DNA of 63,149 nucleotides, the filler included, from Octopus bimaculoides (lineage: Eukaryota): assembly GCF_001194135.2 (NCBI RefSeq). It is 6 parts of 5 records of this genome, joined end to end, with 100 filler letters (N's around TTAATTAATTAA, not from the genome) between each part and the next. Parts side by side here need not be neighbours in the genome. Positions count along the whole stretch, not along the records: positions 41,189 to 50,612 come from NC_068982.1; positions 50,713 to 54,235 come from NC_069004.1; positions 54,336 to 60,114 come from NC_068982.1; positions 60,215 to 63,149 come from NC_068981.1; 2 more parts are not named here. The stretch is one strand, 5' to 3'. Shown here piece after piece: positions 50,022 through 62,340 of this stretch. The translations under genes and the position numbers were made by a program. Each line of letters starts with the position of its first letter. The stretch's first letter is position 1. The notes beneath the pieces are model-generated. The model searched no databases, was not told where the DNA came from, and worked only from the letters and a program-made list of their open reading frames with translations.

Positions 50022-50612
50022 GTAAGTGGGGCCAGAAGGAAACGTAAAGGTTCGAACCTGGCGGTTGGATGCCTTTCCTTCAGTTACACACATTGCAAAA
50101 TTTGCAATTAAAAATGATTATCACGTTTAATTTTGAAATTTAAAAAGAGAAAAATATATAATTTTTAACCGCATGATATTTGTATATCATCATCCAAAAC
50201 ACTTTCGTTTGTAGTAAAGCAACTTCTTCGCCCTCTATGTTTGTTTGTCCCGTCTGTGTAAGGCTTCTGTAGTCTCCTTCAGAGAGACTTAGAAATATTA
50301 ATAACTCTATTTCTGAAAACCAGTGGATAGATTCCACTGAAATTAGATAAATAACCTTCGAACAGACAGTCAGTAGCGCCGCCTGGCTGGAGCTTGGCTG
50401 CTCTGCATTGACAAGGGGCAACACCCTGAAACTAGTCTAGTCTGCAGATGCCAAACCAGCAAGGGGAAGCTGCTGACCTCCCCTGTTCGAAGGTTATAAA
50501 GGACACAGGTTTCGTGTGTCACATAGCTAGCTAGAGGCGATGGCTTCTTGGAGCTAATTCACGGCAGCTTTCGTCCTAATTTTGGGACTGCCATGTTGGC
50601 TTGGCGATAACT

Positions 50613-50712
50613 NNNNNNNNNNNNNNNNNNNNNNNNNNNNNNNNNNNNNNNNNNNNTTAATTAATTAANNNNNNNNNNNNNNNNNNNNNNNNNNNNNNNN
50701 NNNNNNNNNNNN
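50613..50712. other. Artificial 100-bp scaffold linker
   Basis: 44 N + TTAATTAATTAA + 44 N. Confidence 0.92.
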
Positions 50713-50973
50713 TGCACTCATATATTTTCTTTCCTTTCAGGAAAAAAACAAAAAAAATCAGACTTTTACATCGCGCGATTCCAGTTTCCTGGACAGTTGT
50801 CATCACGGTTGTTTTGTACATTGCATGCATGTATCTCACAAGTGTACATCATTTCTTTGATTTTTCTTTGTGTGTGTTTGTGCCACATCTTGTGGGTGGT
50901 TTCGGTGGCCATCTTGCCTCAGGCGTCACTCCAATTTTCTATTTTCGTGCTTTCGGCACTCGAGGGGGAGCCA

Positions 50974-51369
50974 TGTAGTGACGCTTTAATAGCAGACGAC
51001 ATTTCCGAAAAGTTTATCCACGCATGCGCAGGGACTAGTTCCGGAATGAATACAGGAAGAGTCTCATGCGCATGCGTAGTCATCGACATCCAAGCTTTCG
51101 CGCTTCTTTCACTCTCTTTTGTCGCTGGCCGACGAAGGGCCTAGACGTCGCAGCAGCCTCTCTCCAACAACCCAACTCTGGAGCTACACAAATAACCACG
51201 AAACTTCATTGACGGCGTCTCAGTAACCAAAAGGGCGAAGTGCTGCCGAATTCTATTGTAATAAATATTGTTGTGTTGATAGTTCATAATCTGCGTTCCT
51301 GTTGTTTCTTCAAGAAATTTAATGTACGGAAGCGGAGTACACCTACTGGTGTATAACCACTTCCCTACA
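50974..51369 (+). mobile_element. 3' LTR of an LTR retrotransposon, preceded by its polypurine tract
   Basis: TGTAG...CTACA termini, PPT GAGGGGGAG at 50962-50970, AATAAA at ~51261. Homologous to 53819-54226. Confidence 0.8.
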
Positions 51370-52499
51370 CAAGCAACCCCATTGCACTGTCTCCAGTCAA
51401 ATTCGATTCAGTAACAATTAAACTATTGAACTGATGTACAGTTCATCCAATTATTCTTTTACAGCCAGAAGCTAGTCTAAGAACAAAACGGTGCACTATA
51501 ATAAAGGACTACACATATGTTAACAACTATTTCACTATGCTAGATCCGTAAAAATAACATACTGTACAAATATTTAGATTTTGGAAATGGCTTGTATATA
51601 CAAATATTCCTTTATCTGTTTCAGTCACTGGACTGCAGCCATGCTGTAGCGCCTCCTAAAATGGTTTAAGCCGTTCATATCGACCCCAGAACTTTGGTAG
51701 TTAATTTATTTGTCAGACCATGAAGCTACGGAACATAGACGAACATCGATATTAACTTAAAGATAGACAAGGACACACACATAAACAACCGCAAACACGA
51801 ATGTATACACATACTTCTGAGTCTTATGATGAAATTGAGCAATATTGCTTTCTTACATTAGAGCTGTAAAAAAATAACGCCATACTCTGACTGATCTGCA
51901 AATCCCTCAGCGTCGTGGGTGCAACTAAAATAATAGCAGAATCGACAGAAATCAACTAATTGGTATGCTAGGCTCCATTTTACACAAGTATATAATACGG
52001 AAGGGGAATAACTCTTTAATAAAGCGTAGAAGGGAGTTAACTCTTTAATAAAGCGTAGAAGGGAGATAACTTTTGCTTTATACATTCAAGTTCACGTAGT
52101 CTTTAAAATACGTACACGTACCTGTACTGCATATTTTCTTTTTGTGATATAGTTAAAGCCCATGCTACTTGTTTGTCTAATTTGCATAAGACGTAAGCCA
52201 TAGCACCGACTAACTGTTGAGTCGTTGTGCACTCTGTAATTAAACATCCCGTTTAGATGAACTAAACCTGTATTTTCTGAATTCTTGCGCCTCTAAACTT
52301 GAGTATACGTATGTATGCGCGCTCGCACCCACACCCACAAACACACACACACACACGCGCGCACGCATACATGTGTGTGAGGTTTGATATCAAAGTTAGA
52401 GATCTTTACTGAAGTGGACTTTGCAGATTTGGTCTGTGTGGAGGTTATGAAGTAACGTCGAGAAAGGAGTGTAAATAAATAGGGAACTATTAGTCTATA

Positions 52500-53050
52500 G
52501 TGACCAGAAATGGGTGAAGAGTGCTATCGATAGAGACAGAAATGTCAATGAAATTGATGATTGCAGTGATGGTGGTGGATTTGATAGTAGTGAATTCCAG
52601 TGTGGCGGTGGAAGAGACAAAAAGACTGAATTGTTCCTTTGTGAGAAAATTGGCCTCGTTACAAGCATCGATATAACTGCCACATATCTCCGGGTTCGGT
52701 CCAGTGAACTACGTAGAAACATATACGTCGATGTGATCCACAAACAAGTTACTCAAGGATATTCTGCTCACATGGTGGTCGTCATCTCAGAAGAAGAATC
52801 AGTTTAAAGTGAGGACGAGTTGAATGAAAAGTGCAAGAGCGCTAGATATGAAGGTGGTGTGCAGCACGGAAAAAACTGAAGAGCTTTCATATCCCTGACT
52901 ATGAAAGGACGTCTTCGTGGAAATAATAGTATCAGGAGTTGTGACATTTTGTAATGAGGAGCATAGGACGTTCATGGTGATGGAATGTAGAGCTGGACAG
53001 CATAGTTTTTGCTATAGGTATCGAAGACAGTAATCAGAAGCTGCATGTAA
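52500..53050 (-). mobile_element. Degenerate LINE (CR1/Jockey-like) 3' end
   Basis: Minus-strand ...HWNSL... pattern resembling LWNSLP termini; weak. Confidence 0.4.
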
Positions 53051-53109
53051 AGACAAGTTAAAGCTTTGGAATGGTCAAAATTGTTGCGTTTAGATAAGTT
53101 TAAAAATGT

Positions 53110-53450
53110 GAATCATAGTCAAACTTATCCTTGAAAATAACATATTTTTCCAATGGAAAGAATTACATTCAAATTAGAGGCACAGGGATGGGAACAAAAT
53201 TTGCTCACGTTTCTGCAAACTCCATAATGGGATACTTAGAAAAACAATTCTATCAAAGAGAGAGGAAAACTACAGCACTGAATTTAGAAGGTATATTGAA
53301 GATACATGGAAGAGATATCTTCATAAGCTGGACAAAATCTCTGGATACTCTGGAAGAATTCAATATCCTCCTGAACAATCTGCACCCAACTCTTCAATTT
53401 ACAAAGGAGATTTAACACTTCAACAGCACTTTTCTCACGGTAAAGCAAGA
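53110..53450 (+). mobile_element. Penelope-like element RT remnant
   Basis: YFSNGKNYIQIRGTGMGTKFAHVSANSIMGYLE...DIFISW...LNNLHPTLQFTKE, matching the PLE GxAMGxxxAPxxANxxMGxLE and LNxxHPxIxFTxE motifs. Confidence 0.85.
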
Positions 53451-53818
53451 GTTTTTATGTGAGTGACAGCAGTTACATTCACCAGATGCCTTCGCTAAGC
53501 CGGAATAATGTCTTCGCCACTTGACCCTTCTAACTTCTTCTAGGCCACCAATAGCTAGAAGAGAGATATCACAGACCTCCAACGAAATCTATTGTTCTCA
53601 ACAATATGTCTATCCTTCTAGCTAGTTTTGGATAGTAATAAAAACAAGAACTCTGTAAGCCAAAGTCAGTTAGTGAGAGCGACTTTGGTCGAGTTAGTTA
53701 TTGGATGGGAGTGAGTATTTATCATTGTTATACCTGTAAGGTTAGTGTTATTGTTTCCTGCTTGCAGGAATTATTAATTTTTTGTTGCGGTTTCCCGTAA
53801 GGGAAACATTGTTGAACT

Positions 53819-54226
53819 TATAGGAAAGTTGGTTATACATCATTAGATGTATACCTGACTTTCCTATATAAAATTATGGAATATATAACGGAACGCTGAA
53901 CTCCAGACTATCAACTTAAACAACATTTTATTCAGGTGGTAAATATATACATCTTTAGCTCTTGTTGACAGCTTCTATGTATGTGAGTATAGTTGTTGGG
54001 ATGTTGTTATGTAGATGTGAGCGAGCTGTCGGTTGTAAGTCCGAAAGATGGAGAGTGACAGCTATACACGTAAAGAGACTGTCTCCAGGTTGGAATGTCA
54101 GAGACACTGCTTGACACGTCTATGCTCTATTGCTGGCCAGCAAGAAAGAGAATGAATTGAGCGGGAACGCTTGCTTGTTTAATTCCACGCATGCGTGAGA
54201 CTACGCATGCGCACGGCGTTACTACA
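53819..54226 (-). mobile_element. Solo LTR with 4-bp TSD (AACT), related to the 50974 LTR
   Basis: Minus strand starts TGTAG at 54226. AACT at 53815-53818 and 54227-54230. Shares blocks ctggcc, tagacgt, aataaa...gttgatagt...gcgttcc and gtataacca with the other LTR. Confidence 0.82.
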
Positions 54227-54235
54227 AACTGTTTT

Positions 54236-54335
54236 NNNNNNNNNNNNNNNNNNNNNNNNNNNNNNNNNNNNNNNNNNNNTTAATTAATTAANNNNNNNNN
54301 NNNNNNNNNNNNNNNNNNNNNNNNNNNNNNNNNNN
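54236..54335. other. Artificial 100-bp scaffold linker
   Basis: 44 N + TTAATTAATTAA + 44 N. Confidence 0.92.
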
Positions 54336-54594
54336 TGTGTGTGTGAACGCACATATGTATGTATGTACCAACACGTTGTTTCCACAAAAACAAACCGTTC
54401 TGAATCAATCGACAGAAACAACAACAACAACAATAATAAGTATCATTTACATCTCTCACTTTCCCTCTTGATCGAATAAATCCAGTGATTTGGTAAATTG
54501 ATTGTGTAATCCATTATTGCTCAATGGAGCCATCCTCAGTAAAAACAACAACAATAATAATAATGATGATAATAATAATAATAATAATATATTC

Positions 54595-54938
54595 ACAGAC
54601 ACGACAGAGCTGGGACCTATATACACTGGAAGCTATGCCAGCATTATGGAATAGCAACAGAAAAAAGATGGTATAAACACACGCCAGAAAAGGTCACAGA
54701 AAACGAGAAAGCAACCATACTCTGGGATATGCCAATACACACAGATAGAGAAATTAAGGCAAATAGACTAGATATAGTTGTCAAAGATCATGAAGGAAAA
54801 AAATGCCTTCTAATTGATGTTTCAATACCAGCAGATGACAACGTTTCTCTAAAAGAAATGGAAAAACTTTCAAAATACAAAGACCTGGAAATAGAGATAA
54901 CTCGAATGTGGAATCTAAAAACAGAAACAATTCCTATC
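54595..54938 (+). mobile_element. R4/Dong-like LINE, restriction-like endonuclease region
   Basis: YIHWKLC...ILWDMPIHTDREIKANRLDIVVKD...LIDVSIP...EKLSKYKDLEIEI (PD..D..K-type REL); runs into an N gap. Confidence 0.88.
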
Positions 54939-55554
54939 ANNNNNNNNNNNNNNNNNNNNNNNNNNNNNNNNNNNNNNNNNNNNNNNNNNNNNNNNNNNNN
55001 NNNNNNNNNNNNNNNNNNNNNNNNNNNNNNNNNNNNNNNNNNNNNNNNNNNNNNNNNNNNNNNNNNNNNNNNNNNNNNNNNNNNNNNNNNNNNNNNNNNN
55101 NNNNNNNNNNNNNNNNNNNNNNNNNNNNNNNNNNNNNNNNNNNNNNNNNNNNNNNNNNNNNNNNNNNNNNNNNNNNNNNNNNNNNNNNNNNNNNNNNNNN
55201 NNNNNNNNNNNNNNNNNNNNNNNNNNNNNNNNNNNNNNNNNNNNNNNNNNNNNNNNNNNNNNNNNNNNNNNNNNNNNNNNNNNNNNNNNNNNNNNNNNNN
55301 NNNNNNNNNNNNNNNNNNNNNNNNNNNNNNNNNNNNNNNNNNNNNNNNNNNNNNNNNNNNNNNNNNNNNNNNNNNNNNNNNNNNNNNNNNNNNNNNNNNN
55401 NNNNNNNNNNNNNNNNNNNNNNNNNNNNNNNNNNNNNNNNNNNNNNNNNNNNNNNNNNNNNNNNNNNNNNNNNNNNNNNNNNNNNNNNNNNNNNNNNNNN
55501 NNNNNNNNNNNNNNNNNNNNNNNNNNNNNNNNNNNNNNNNNNNNNNNNNNNNNN

Positions 55555-55601
<47 letters not shown>

Positions 55602-55804
55602 CTTCCGCTAAAGGTAGTTCCTTTTTTTTCTTATTATTTTTTCTTGTTTGTTTTTCCTTTTTTTCTTGAAAACTTTGTTGTGTTTATTTGTTATAGCAAA
55701 GGTAGAAAAACATCAACGAAGCGTTAAACATATTTTGAAACCAGTTAAGACTGTTTTTTAAGATATTAGTCTCCTGGATACGGGAGGGAGATGAAAAAAT
55801 ATTA

Positions 55805-55985
55805 TGAAGATGATGGTGGTGGTGATGATGATGATGATGATGATGACGACGACGACGACGACGACGATGACAACAATAATTAAAATTATGGGAATGAGGA
55901 TGATGATGATGATAATAAGGAAGAGGGTAATAATGATTTTGGTGGTGGTGGTGGTGGTGGTGCTGGTGACAGTTATTGATGCTAT
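55805..55985. repeat. Compound (GAT)(GAC)(GGT)n trinucleotide array
   Basis: Directly visible. Confidence 0.9.
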
Positions 55986-56139
55986 TAATGTTGTTGTTGA
56001 TATATTACATTCAATTGGTAATTGAGAGGGAAGTGAATGTAAACTGCTCAGATATGCACTAATGTTAACTCCTAAAACCTGTTGATATTAATCAGTTCGG
56101 GTAACGGATTTATAGAACCGTTAAAACATCGGGCAAAAA

Positions 56140-56343
56140 TATATTTTCTACTCAAGGCACAAAGCCCGAAATCTTTGGGGAGGGGGCCAGTCGATTAGAT
56201 CGACCCCAGTACGCAACTGGTACTTAATTTATCGACCCCGAAAAGATGAAAGGCAAAGTCGACCTCGGCGCAATTTGAACTCAGAACGTAACGGCAGACG
56301 AAATAACGCTAAGCATTTCGCCCGGCACGCTAACGTTTCTTAT
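56140..56343 (-). mobile_element. tRNA-derived SINE
   Basis: Reverse complement of 57470-57705. Confidence 0.8.
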
Positions 56344-56730
56344 NNNNNNNNNNNNNNNNNNNNNNNNNNNNNNNNNNNNNNNNNNNNNNNNNNNNNNNNN
56401 NNNNNNNNNNNNNNNNNNNNNNNNNNNNNNNNNNNNNNNNNNNNNNNCCACAAGGGGCTAAACATAGAAGGGACAAACAAGGGCAGACAAAGGGATTAAG
56501 TCGATTAGATCGACCCTAGTACGCTAACGTTTCTTATTTCTTTATTGCCCACAAGGGGCTAAACATAGAAGGGACAAACAAGGACATACAAAGGGATTAA
56601 GTCGATTACATCGACCCCTGTGCGTAACTAGTACTTATTTAATCGACCCAGTTTTATCGACCCGAAGAAAAGGCAAAATTGATCTGAACTCAGAATGTAT
56701 GGAACCGGAAGAAAAGGAATCATTAGAATA

Positions 56731-56896
56731 AGGAGTGGCTGTGTGGTAAGAAGCTTGCTTCCTAACCACATGGTTCCAGGTTCAGTCCCACTGCGTAGCA
56801 TCTTTTGCAAATGCTTTCTACTATAACCTCGGGCCGACCAAACCCTTGTGAGTGGATTTGATAGACGGAAACTGACAAAAGCCTGTCGTGTGTGTT

Positions 56897-56943
<47 letters not shown>

Positions 56944-57165
56944 ATGTGTATGTATGTATGTATTTGTATGTCTGTGTTTGTCCAACACCATTGCTTGACA
57001 ACCGATATTGGCGTGTTTACGTTCCCGTAACTAAGCAGGCCGGCAAAAGAGCCCGATAGAATAAGTACTAGGCTTACAAAGAATAAGTTCTAGGGTCGAT
57101 TTGTTCGACTAAAGACGGTGCTCCAGCATGGCCGCAGTCATATGACTGAAACAAGTAAAAGAGGA
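56731..57165 (+). mobile_element. Near full-length tRNA-derived SINE with internal (TA)(TG) microsatellite
   Basis: A box TGGCTGTGTGGT, B box GGTTCAGTCCC; several antisense copies in the window. Confidence 0.88.
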
Positions 57166-57249
57166 GAAAAAAACTGTGATCGATACTCAACCAGTCTATC
57201 ATATGTTTTTATCCCTCGTTGGTCACATAGCGCTTTGCTTCGTTTTAGC

Positions 57250-57439
57250 TTAACTGACGCCACCCCAATGGCTCAGCGAGCAGGTCGACATTCCACCCCG
57301 TCATCGGAAGACTGGTCTGTCATAGGTTACATCCGTGTAGACTGCAACAACGTGAAAAAAAGACGTTTGATCGGTCCGGGAAACGAACTCACGATCAAGT
57401 GATAGCGAGTACACCACTCTAACCATTATGCCAAACGCC
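57250..57439 (-). mobile_element. tRNA-derived SINE head
   Basis: Minus-strand TGGCATAATGGTTAG (A box) and GAGTTCGTTTCC (B box); no full cloverleaf. Confidence 0.55.
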
Positions 57440-57469
57440 CTTCACATAGTAATTTTAATAATTGTATTA

Positions 57470-57705
57470 CTAAGGCAGCGAGCTGGCAGAATCGTTAGCA
57501 CGCCGGGCGAAATGCTGAGCGGTATTTCGTCTGTCCTTACGATCTGAGTTCAAATTCCGCCGAGTTCAAATTCCGCTCGACTTTGCCTTTCATCCTTTCG
57601 GGGTCGATAAATTAAGTACCAGCTCTGTACTGGAGTCGATCTAATCGACTGGCCTCCCTCCCCTAAGATTTCGGGCCTTGTGCCTAGAGTCGAAAAGAAT
57701 GATTA
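57470..57705 (+). mobile_element. tRNA-derived SINE with a duplicated B-box segment
   Basis: gagctggcagaatcgttagc...gagttcaaattccgcc gagttcaaattccgc...tcgactttgcctttcatcctttcgggg. Confidence 0.8.
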
Positions 57706-58827
57706 TAAAGCTAAACGGAAAATAAACCAATATGGAAAGTCGAAAAGGTGACATTGGTAAAGATATGTTATGTTACTAATATAGTATTTTTTCTTGCAAA
57801 TCAGCTGAGGAGAGGGGGAAGGGAGGAGGAGCAAGAGGAAGAGGATAGGGAAGAGCAGGAAAATAGGGGAGCAGGGAAGCAGGAGGAGGAAGTGATCAGC
57901 CAAAGTCATATTTCTTTATTTCTAATGAATTCTTTTTCCCCGAAGGTAATTAAATGAAATTTCACACCACGTTGCTAGAACCAAGGAATGATAATGCACA
58001 CACACACACACAGACACACACACACAAACACACACGATACATACACACACACACACACACCATATTGTTAGAAGCAAGGAATGATAAGGCCCTCTCACAC
58101 ACACTCACACACACACACACATATATACACGTGGATATACACACATACATATTCAGATTACGTGCGCGTACAAACTCGTACATGGACGAGAAAGAAAGAA
58201 AGAAAGAAAGAAGAGGAAAGCGAAGTGATGAAGTGTCGAAAACGAAGGCTAACACGTTGCCAAGACTAAACCCATCACACACACACACACACGCACACAC
58301 ATCATACCACACACAATGCACACGTACGCACAAACATATGGAGGCACGAATTGACACGCATATAGACACACACACACGTATAACACAGCATACGCCCGCA
58401 CACATCCTTTGTCCAACATTTCTACACGTATACACACGAAGACGAACGCACACGCACGCATGCGCGCACGCTCACACACGTCATGCCCAATATCCAGATC
58501 TGTCATTTATTAATTTCAATCTTGAAGGCATAAAACACATTATGGTTGATTACATTAGATTTCCAATACTTGCTCAAGACTTAAAGACTGTGGGGAGGGG
58601 GGAGTCAGGGCAGAGGGAGAGGGGGGAGGGTTAAAGATATCAGACATATTAAAAATATGATTTATTCCCGAGTCTTTAAGTAATACCAGCATAATCCACA
58701 CACACACGCACACACACACACACACACAGGCTCCCGTCTTGTTCATTATCAAAGGCTGAATAGGATAAAATTAAAATATAAAATTACATTCATAATAACA
58801 ATTCCTTTAAATAACAATAATAATAGC

Positions 58828-58873
<46 letters not shown>

Positions 58874-59194
58874 NNNNNNNNNNNNNNNNNNNNNNNNNNN
58901 NNNNNNNNNNNNNNNNNNNNNNNNNNNNNNNNNNNNNNNNNNNNNNNNNNNNNNNNNNNNNNNNNNNNNNNNNNNNNNNNNNNNNNNNNNNNNNNNNNNN
59001 NNNNNNNNNNNNNNNNNNNNNNNNNNNNNNNNNNNNNNNNNNNNNNNNNNNNNNNNNNNNNNNNNNNNNNNNNNNNNNNNNNNNNNNNNNNNNNNNNNNN
59101 NNNNNNNNNNNNNNNNNNNNNNNNNNNNNNNNNNNNNNNNNNNNNNNNNNNNNNNNNNNNNNNNNNNNNNNNNNNNNNNNNNNNNNNNNNNNNN

Positions 59195-59798
59195 ACAAGC
59201 GTAGACACGACAAGGTAGCCCAAAACCTCCACTGGCTACTATGCCGTAAGTGTGGATATGAGGTTACGGGTGCTTGGTACCAACATACACCGGAAAAGGT
59301 AATGGACGAAAAGGGGAGGGAAAAATTTTCTAGGACTTTGATTTCCAGACAGACAAGTTGTTAGAGCACCGAAGGCCGGATATAAAACAAAAGTTTCTAG
59401 TAATCGACGTAACAGTGCCAGGAGATCAACATACCATTATGAAAGAAAGAGAAAAAGTTGATAAATATGGAGACCTGAGAATTGAGATCGCTAAGATGTG
59501 GCAGCAACGAGAGTCAGACATAAAGGTTATCCCTATTGTCATCGGAACATTGGGTTCAATACCAGCCAATCTGAAAAAACATCTGAAGACTTTAGAAATA
59601 CCCTACAACCTAAGTGTACTGCAAAAGTCGGCCGGAGAAGAAGGCTATAAGTACCTGGGTGTCATTGAAAGAGATAAGATGAATGAACACAAAATGAAAG
59701 AAATGTACAAGAAAGAGTATTTGAGGAGAATTCGGTTTGTGCTTCAATTGAAGCTAAATGGCCGCTATAAGATTAGAGGGAACTCGAAAGTGGAGTAA
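59195..59798 (+). mobile_element. Rearranged R4/Dong-like LINE: REL region fused to an RT domain-7/thumb segment
   Basis: RHDKVAQNLHW...RRPDI...IDVTVP...EKVDKYGDL...LQKSA | GEEGYKYLGV...KEYLRRIR. Confidence 0.85.
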
Positions 59799-59809
59799 AA
59801 AAAAATAAG

Positions 59810-60076
59810 AGAAACAATTCCTATCATAGTAGGTGCCTTAGGTATAATAAAAAAATATTCAGACAAATACATAACAAAAACACCAGGACTTACAAATATA
59901 TATAACATACAGAAAATTGCACTACTGGGCACTGCACACATCCTATGCAAAACACTTTCAATACAGTAACCATAAGAGCATCACAGCAAACCACAGCACA
60001 TACCCAAGGCACACAGAGCTGCGCTCGGTAGTGAAGTGAAAGCACGCTATAAAAATAAAACTACTGAATAATAATG

Positions 60077-60114
<38 letters not shown>
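59810..60114 (+). mobile_element. R4/Dong-like LINE 3' terminus with (AAT)n tail
   Basis: ETIPIIVGALG...IQKIALLGTAHILCKTLSIQ*, short 3' UTR, (AAT)n. Confidence 0.88.
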
Positions 60115-60214
60115 NNNNNNNNNNNNNNNNNNNNNNNNNNNNNNNNNNNNNNNNNNNNTTAATTAATTAANNNNNNNNNNNNNNNNNNNNNNNNNNNNNN
60201 NNNNNNNNNNNNNN
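60115..60214. other. Artificial 100-bp scaffold linker
   Basis: 44 N + TTAATTAATTAA + 44 N. Confidence 0.92.
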
Positions 60215-60248
<34 letters not shown>

Positions 60249-61199
60249 TTTGATGTGTCATATCGCTATTCTCGTCAAGTTTGCTATTTTTCTTTTTTTT
60301 TTCACATTAAAAATGGAAAATTCTACTTAAATGGATTTTATAGCGTAAAGCATTGCAATTCTTTGATCATATACAAAAATAAATATGTATATATAAACAA
60401 GTGTAGCTATGTACTATAAATATGAGCGTGTGTATATGTGTGAAGGTACGTAAGAAACAGAAAATGCATATTTTTTTTTTATATTTCCAAAACCATAAAA
60501 TCTTTCTATTCTCTCTATCCTGTAGATGTTGGCAATAAGCTCAACGTTAAATCAATGATAGACTTAGACTTGTGGTTTAAATATTATTCCAAGCGTTTTA
60601 TACGATAAAGCAAATATTATCGTACATCATTTTTTTACTATGCAGATTATGAGCGTATTCAGACAAATAATAATATTATAATTGGGATATCAACAAATTT
60701 CATATCCACAAAATAAGATATTTATCTCGATAAAAGTACAGACACTTATTGTTTGGATGTGCTGTCCAACACAATAAATTTGTTGAAAGATGGCTAAATG
60801 AGGCGAGAATAACTCGAGTGAGTGGGCCTTCTCTGTGCTGGTACCTATAGGCTGAAGAGAGGAGCACTTGCCATTGTATTCTCGGGGAATAGGGTGGTTC
60901 AGAACCTGTGGGGTTCCTTGGTTGCCCCTGGGTGGTGTTTTCTTCTATTGCTGAATTTATTAATTTTTTTTTCTTAATTATTATTTGTTTTTGTATTCTT
61001 TGTCTGCTCTTTATCATTTTATTGTCCTAAATGCTTTTCGCGACTCTTGGAACCAATAATGAATTGTTATTGTTATCATGGAAACTTCCAGCGTTATTTT
61101 ACTGGGTATAATGGAAAAATTTCAGCTGCCCACGCTCAGCAAACTAAGGTGACACTTATCTATTGATCATGCTTCAAGAACCCGGCAGACATCTCTTGC

Positions 61200-62340
61200 A
61201 GTTCCAAGCAATTCCGATTTTTGTAGGTGTTCTATTTTTATATTTGTTCCAATCCTCACATTGGTAGTTGGGTAACTGAGACTTCACAATTGATATCACG
61301 TCCACTCTCTTCGTTGCCCACCACCTGCGTGAGTTCATCATAATTGTTCACTTTTCTTTCTCTTCGATCCTGTTGTCTCCAGAACATGCTATTTCAATTA
61401 TCAGGCACGTTTTTCTTTCCAATTCTCCACGATACTATCGGATTCCCGATGTTTAATCTGGTGGTCACACTGTACAATTGCATCCTAGAGAATTTTGCAG
61501 TCCTCATTCTCCGTAACTCTTTCTGGGATTTGCTCTTTCTAGGCCATAATTTCCACAAAGCTCTCAATTGATCATTCTTGCTACATTGTCATGTCACCTT
61601 TTCTATTCACGTTATGCCAATTTCGGCCATTCACTAACAATGTGCAAAAATGTTTTATCCCTCTCACCACACATTCTGCATTTATCGCTCTCAGTTTTTT
61701 TTATCAATTCTGCGTTTCAGATAGTTTGTCCTCAATGCTTGTTCTTGTGCCGCGCATATAAGTGCTTCTGTTTCTATCTTCAGGTCACTCTTCTGCATCC
61801 ATAACCACCGTCCTTATGTATGTCTTTCTGCTTGTACATCTTACAAACTGACCGTACATTTTCTTTCTTTTCTGTGCCATTTCTGCGCTTTAAATTTTTC
61901 TGTTTTAACACAATTATCAGTTCTGACGATGCCAGAACTCTTCATAAGCATCAACAATGGTTTCCGGGCAAGTTTTACATACCACCCTAAACTGTTTTCC
62001 TCATAATCCGGGCAACTGATCAAACCTCTCCCACTCCTTCTTCTGAACAAGTATAATATATCAGTGTCACTCTTGGGATGGAAGACTCCGTGTTCTGTCA
62101 ATAGTTTCCTTGTCTTCGTATCCATACTCATCAATTCAGTCTTTTACCAGTTTATGATTCCCGCTCCATACTTAAGGGATGTCATCGCCCATGTATTTAG
62201 AACTTGTGTTTTATTCCATTCACTCAATTTTTGAGCGCAATACCAATCATAGTCTTCAGAAATACTCTTTCTTCAACTGTTCTCTCATTTCTTTCTCCCT
62301 GATTTCATTGAACTCTTGTATGCCAATATAGTTTTCAATT
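61200..62340 (-). mobile_element. Degenerate R4/Dong-like LINE C-terminal half
   Basis: HPKSDTDILYLFRRRSGRGL; ETEALICAAQEQAL; CRMCGE...HIVS zinc knuckle; HDNVA. Confidence 0.85.

Noticed and set aside
50555-50612. GUCC-loop-GGAC-GAAA on the minus strand (hammerhead stem II look-alike; related sequence at 42341-42361)
   Set aside because: The required CUGANGA is replaced by CAUGGCA.
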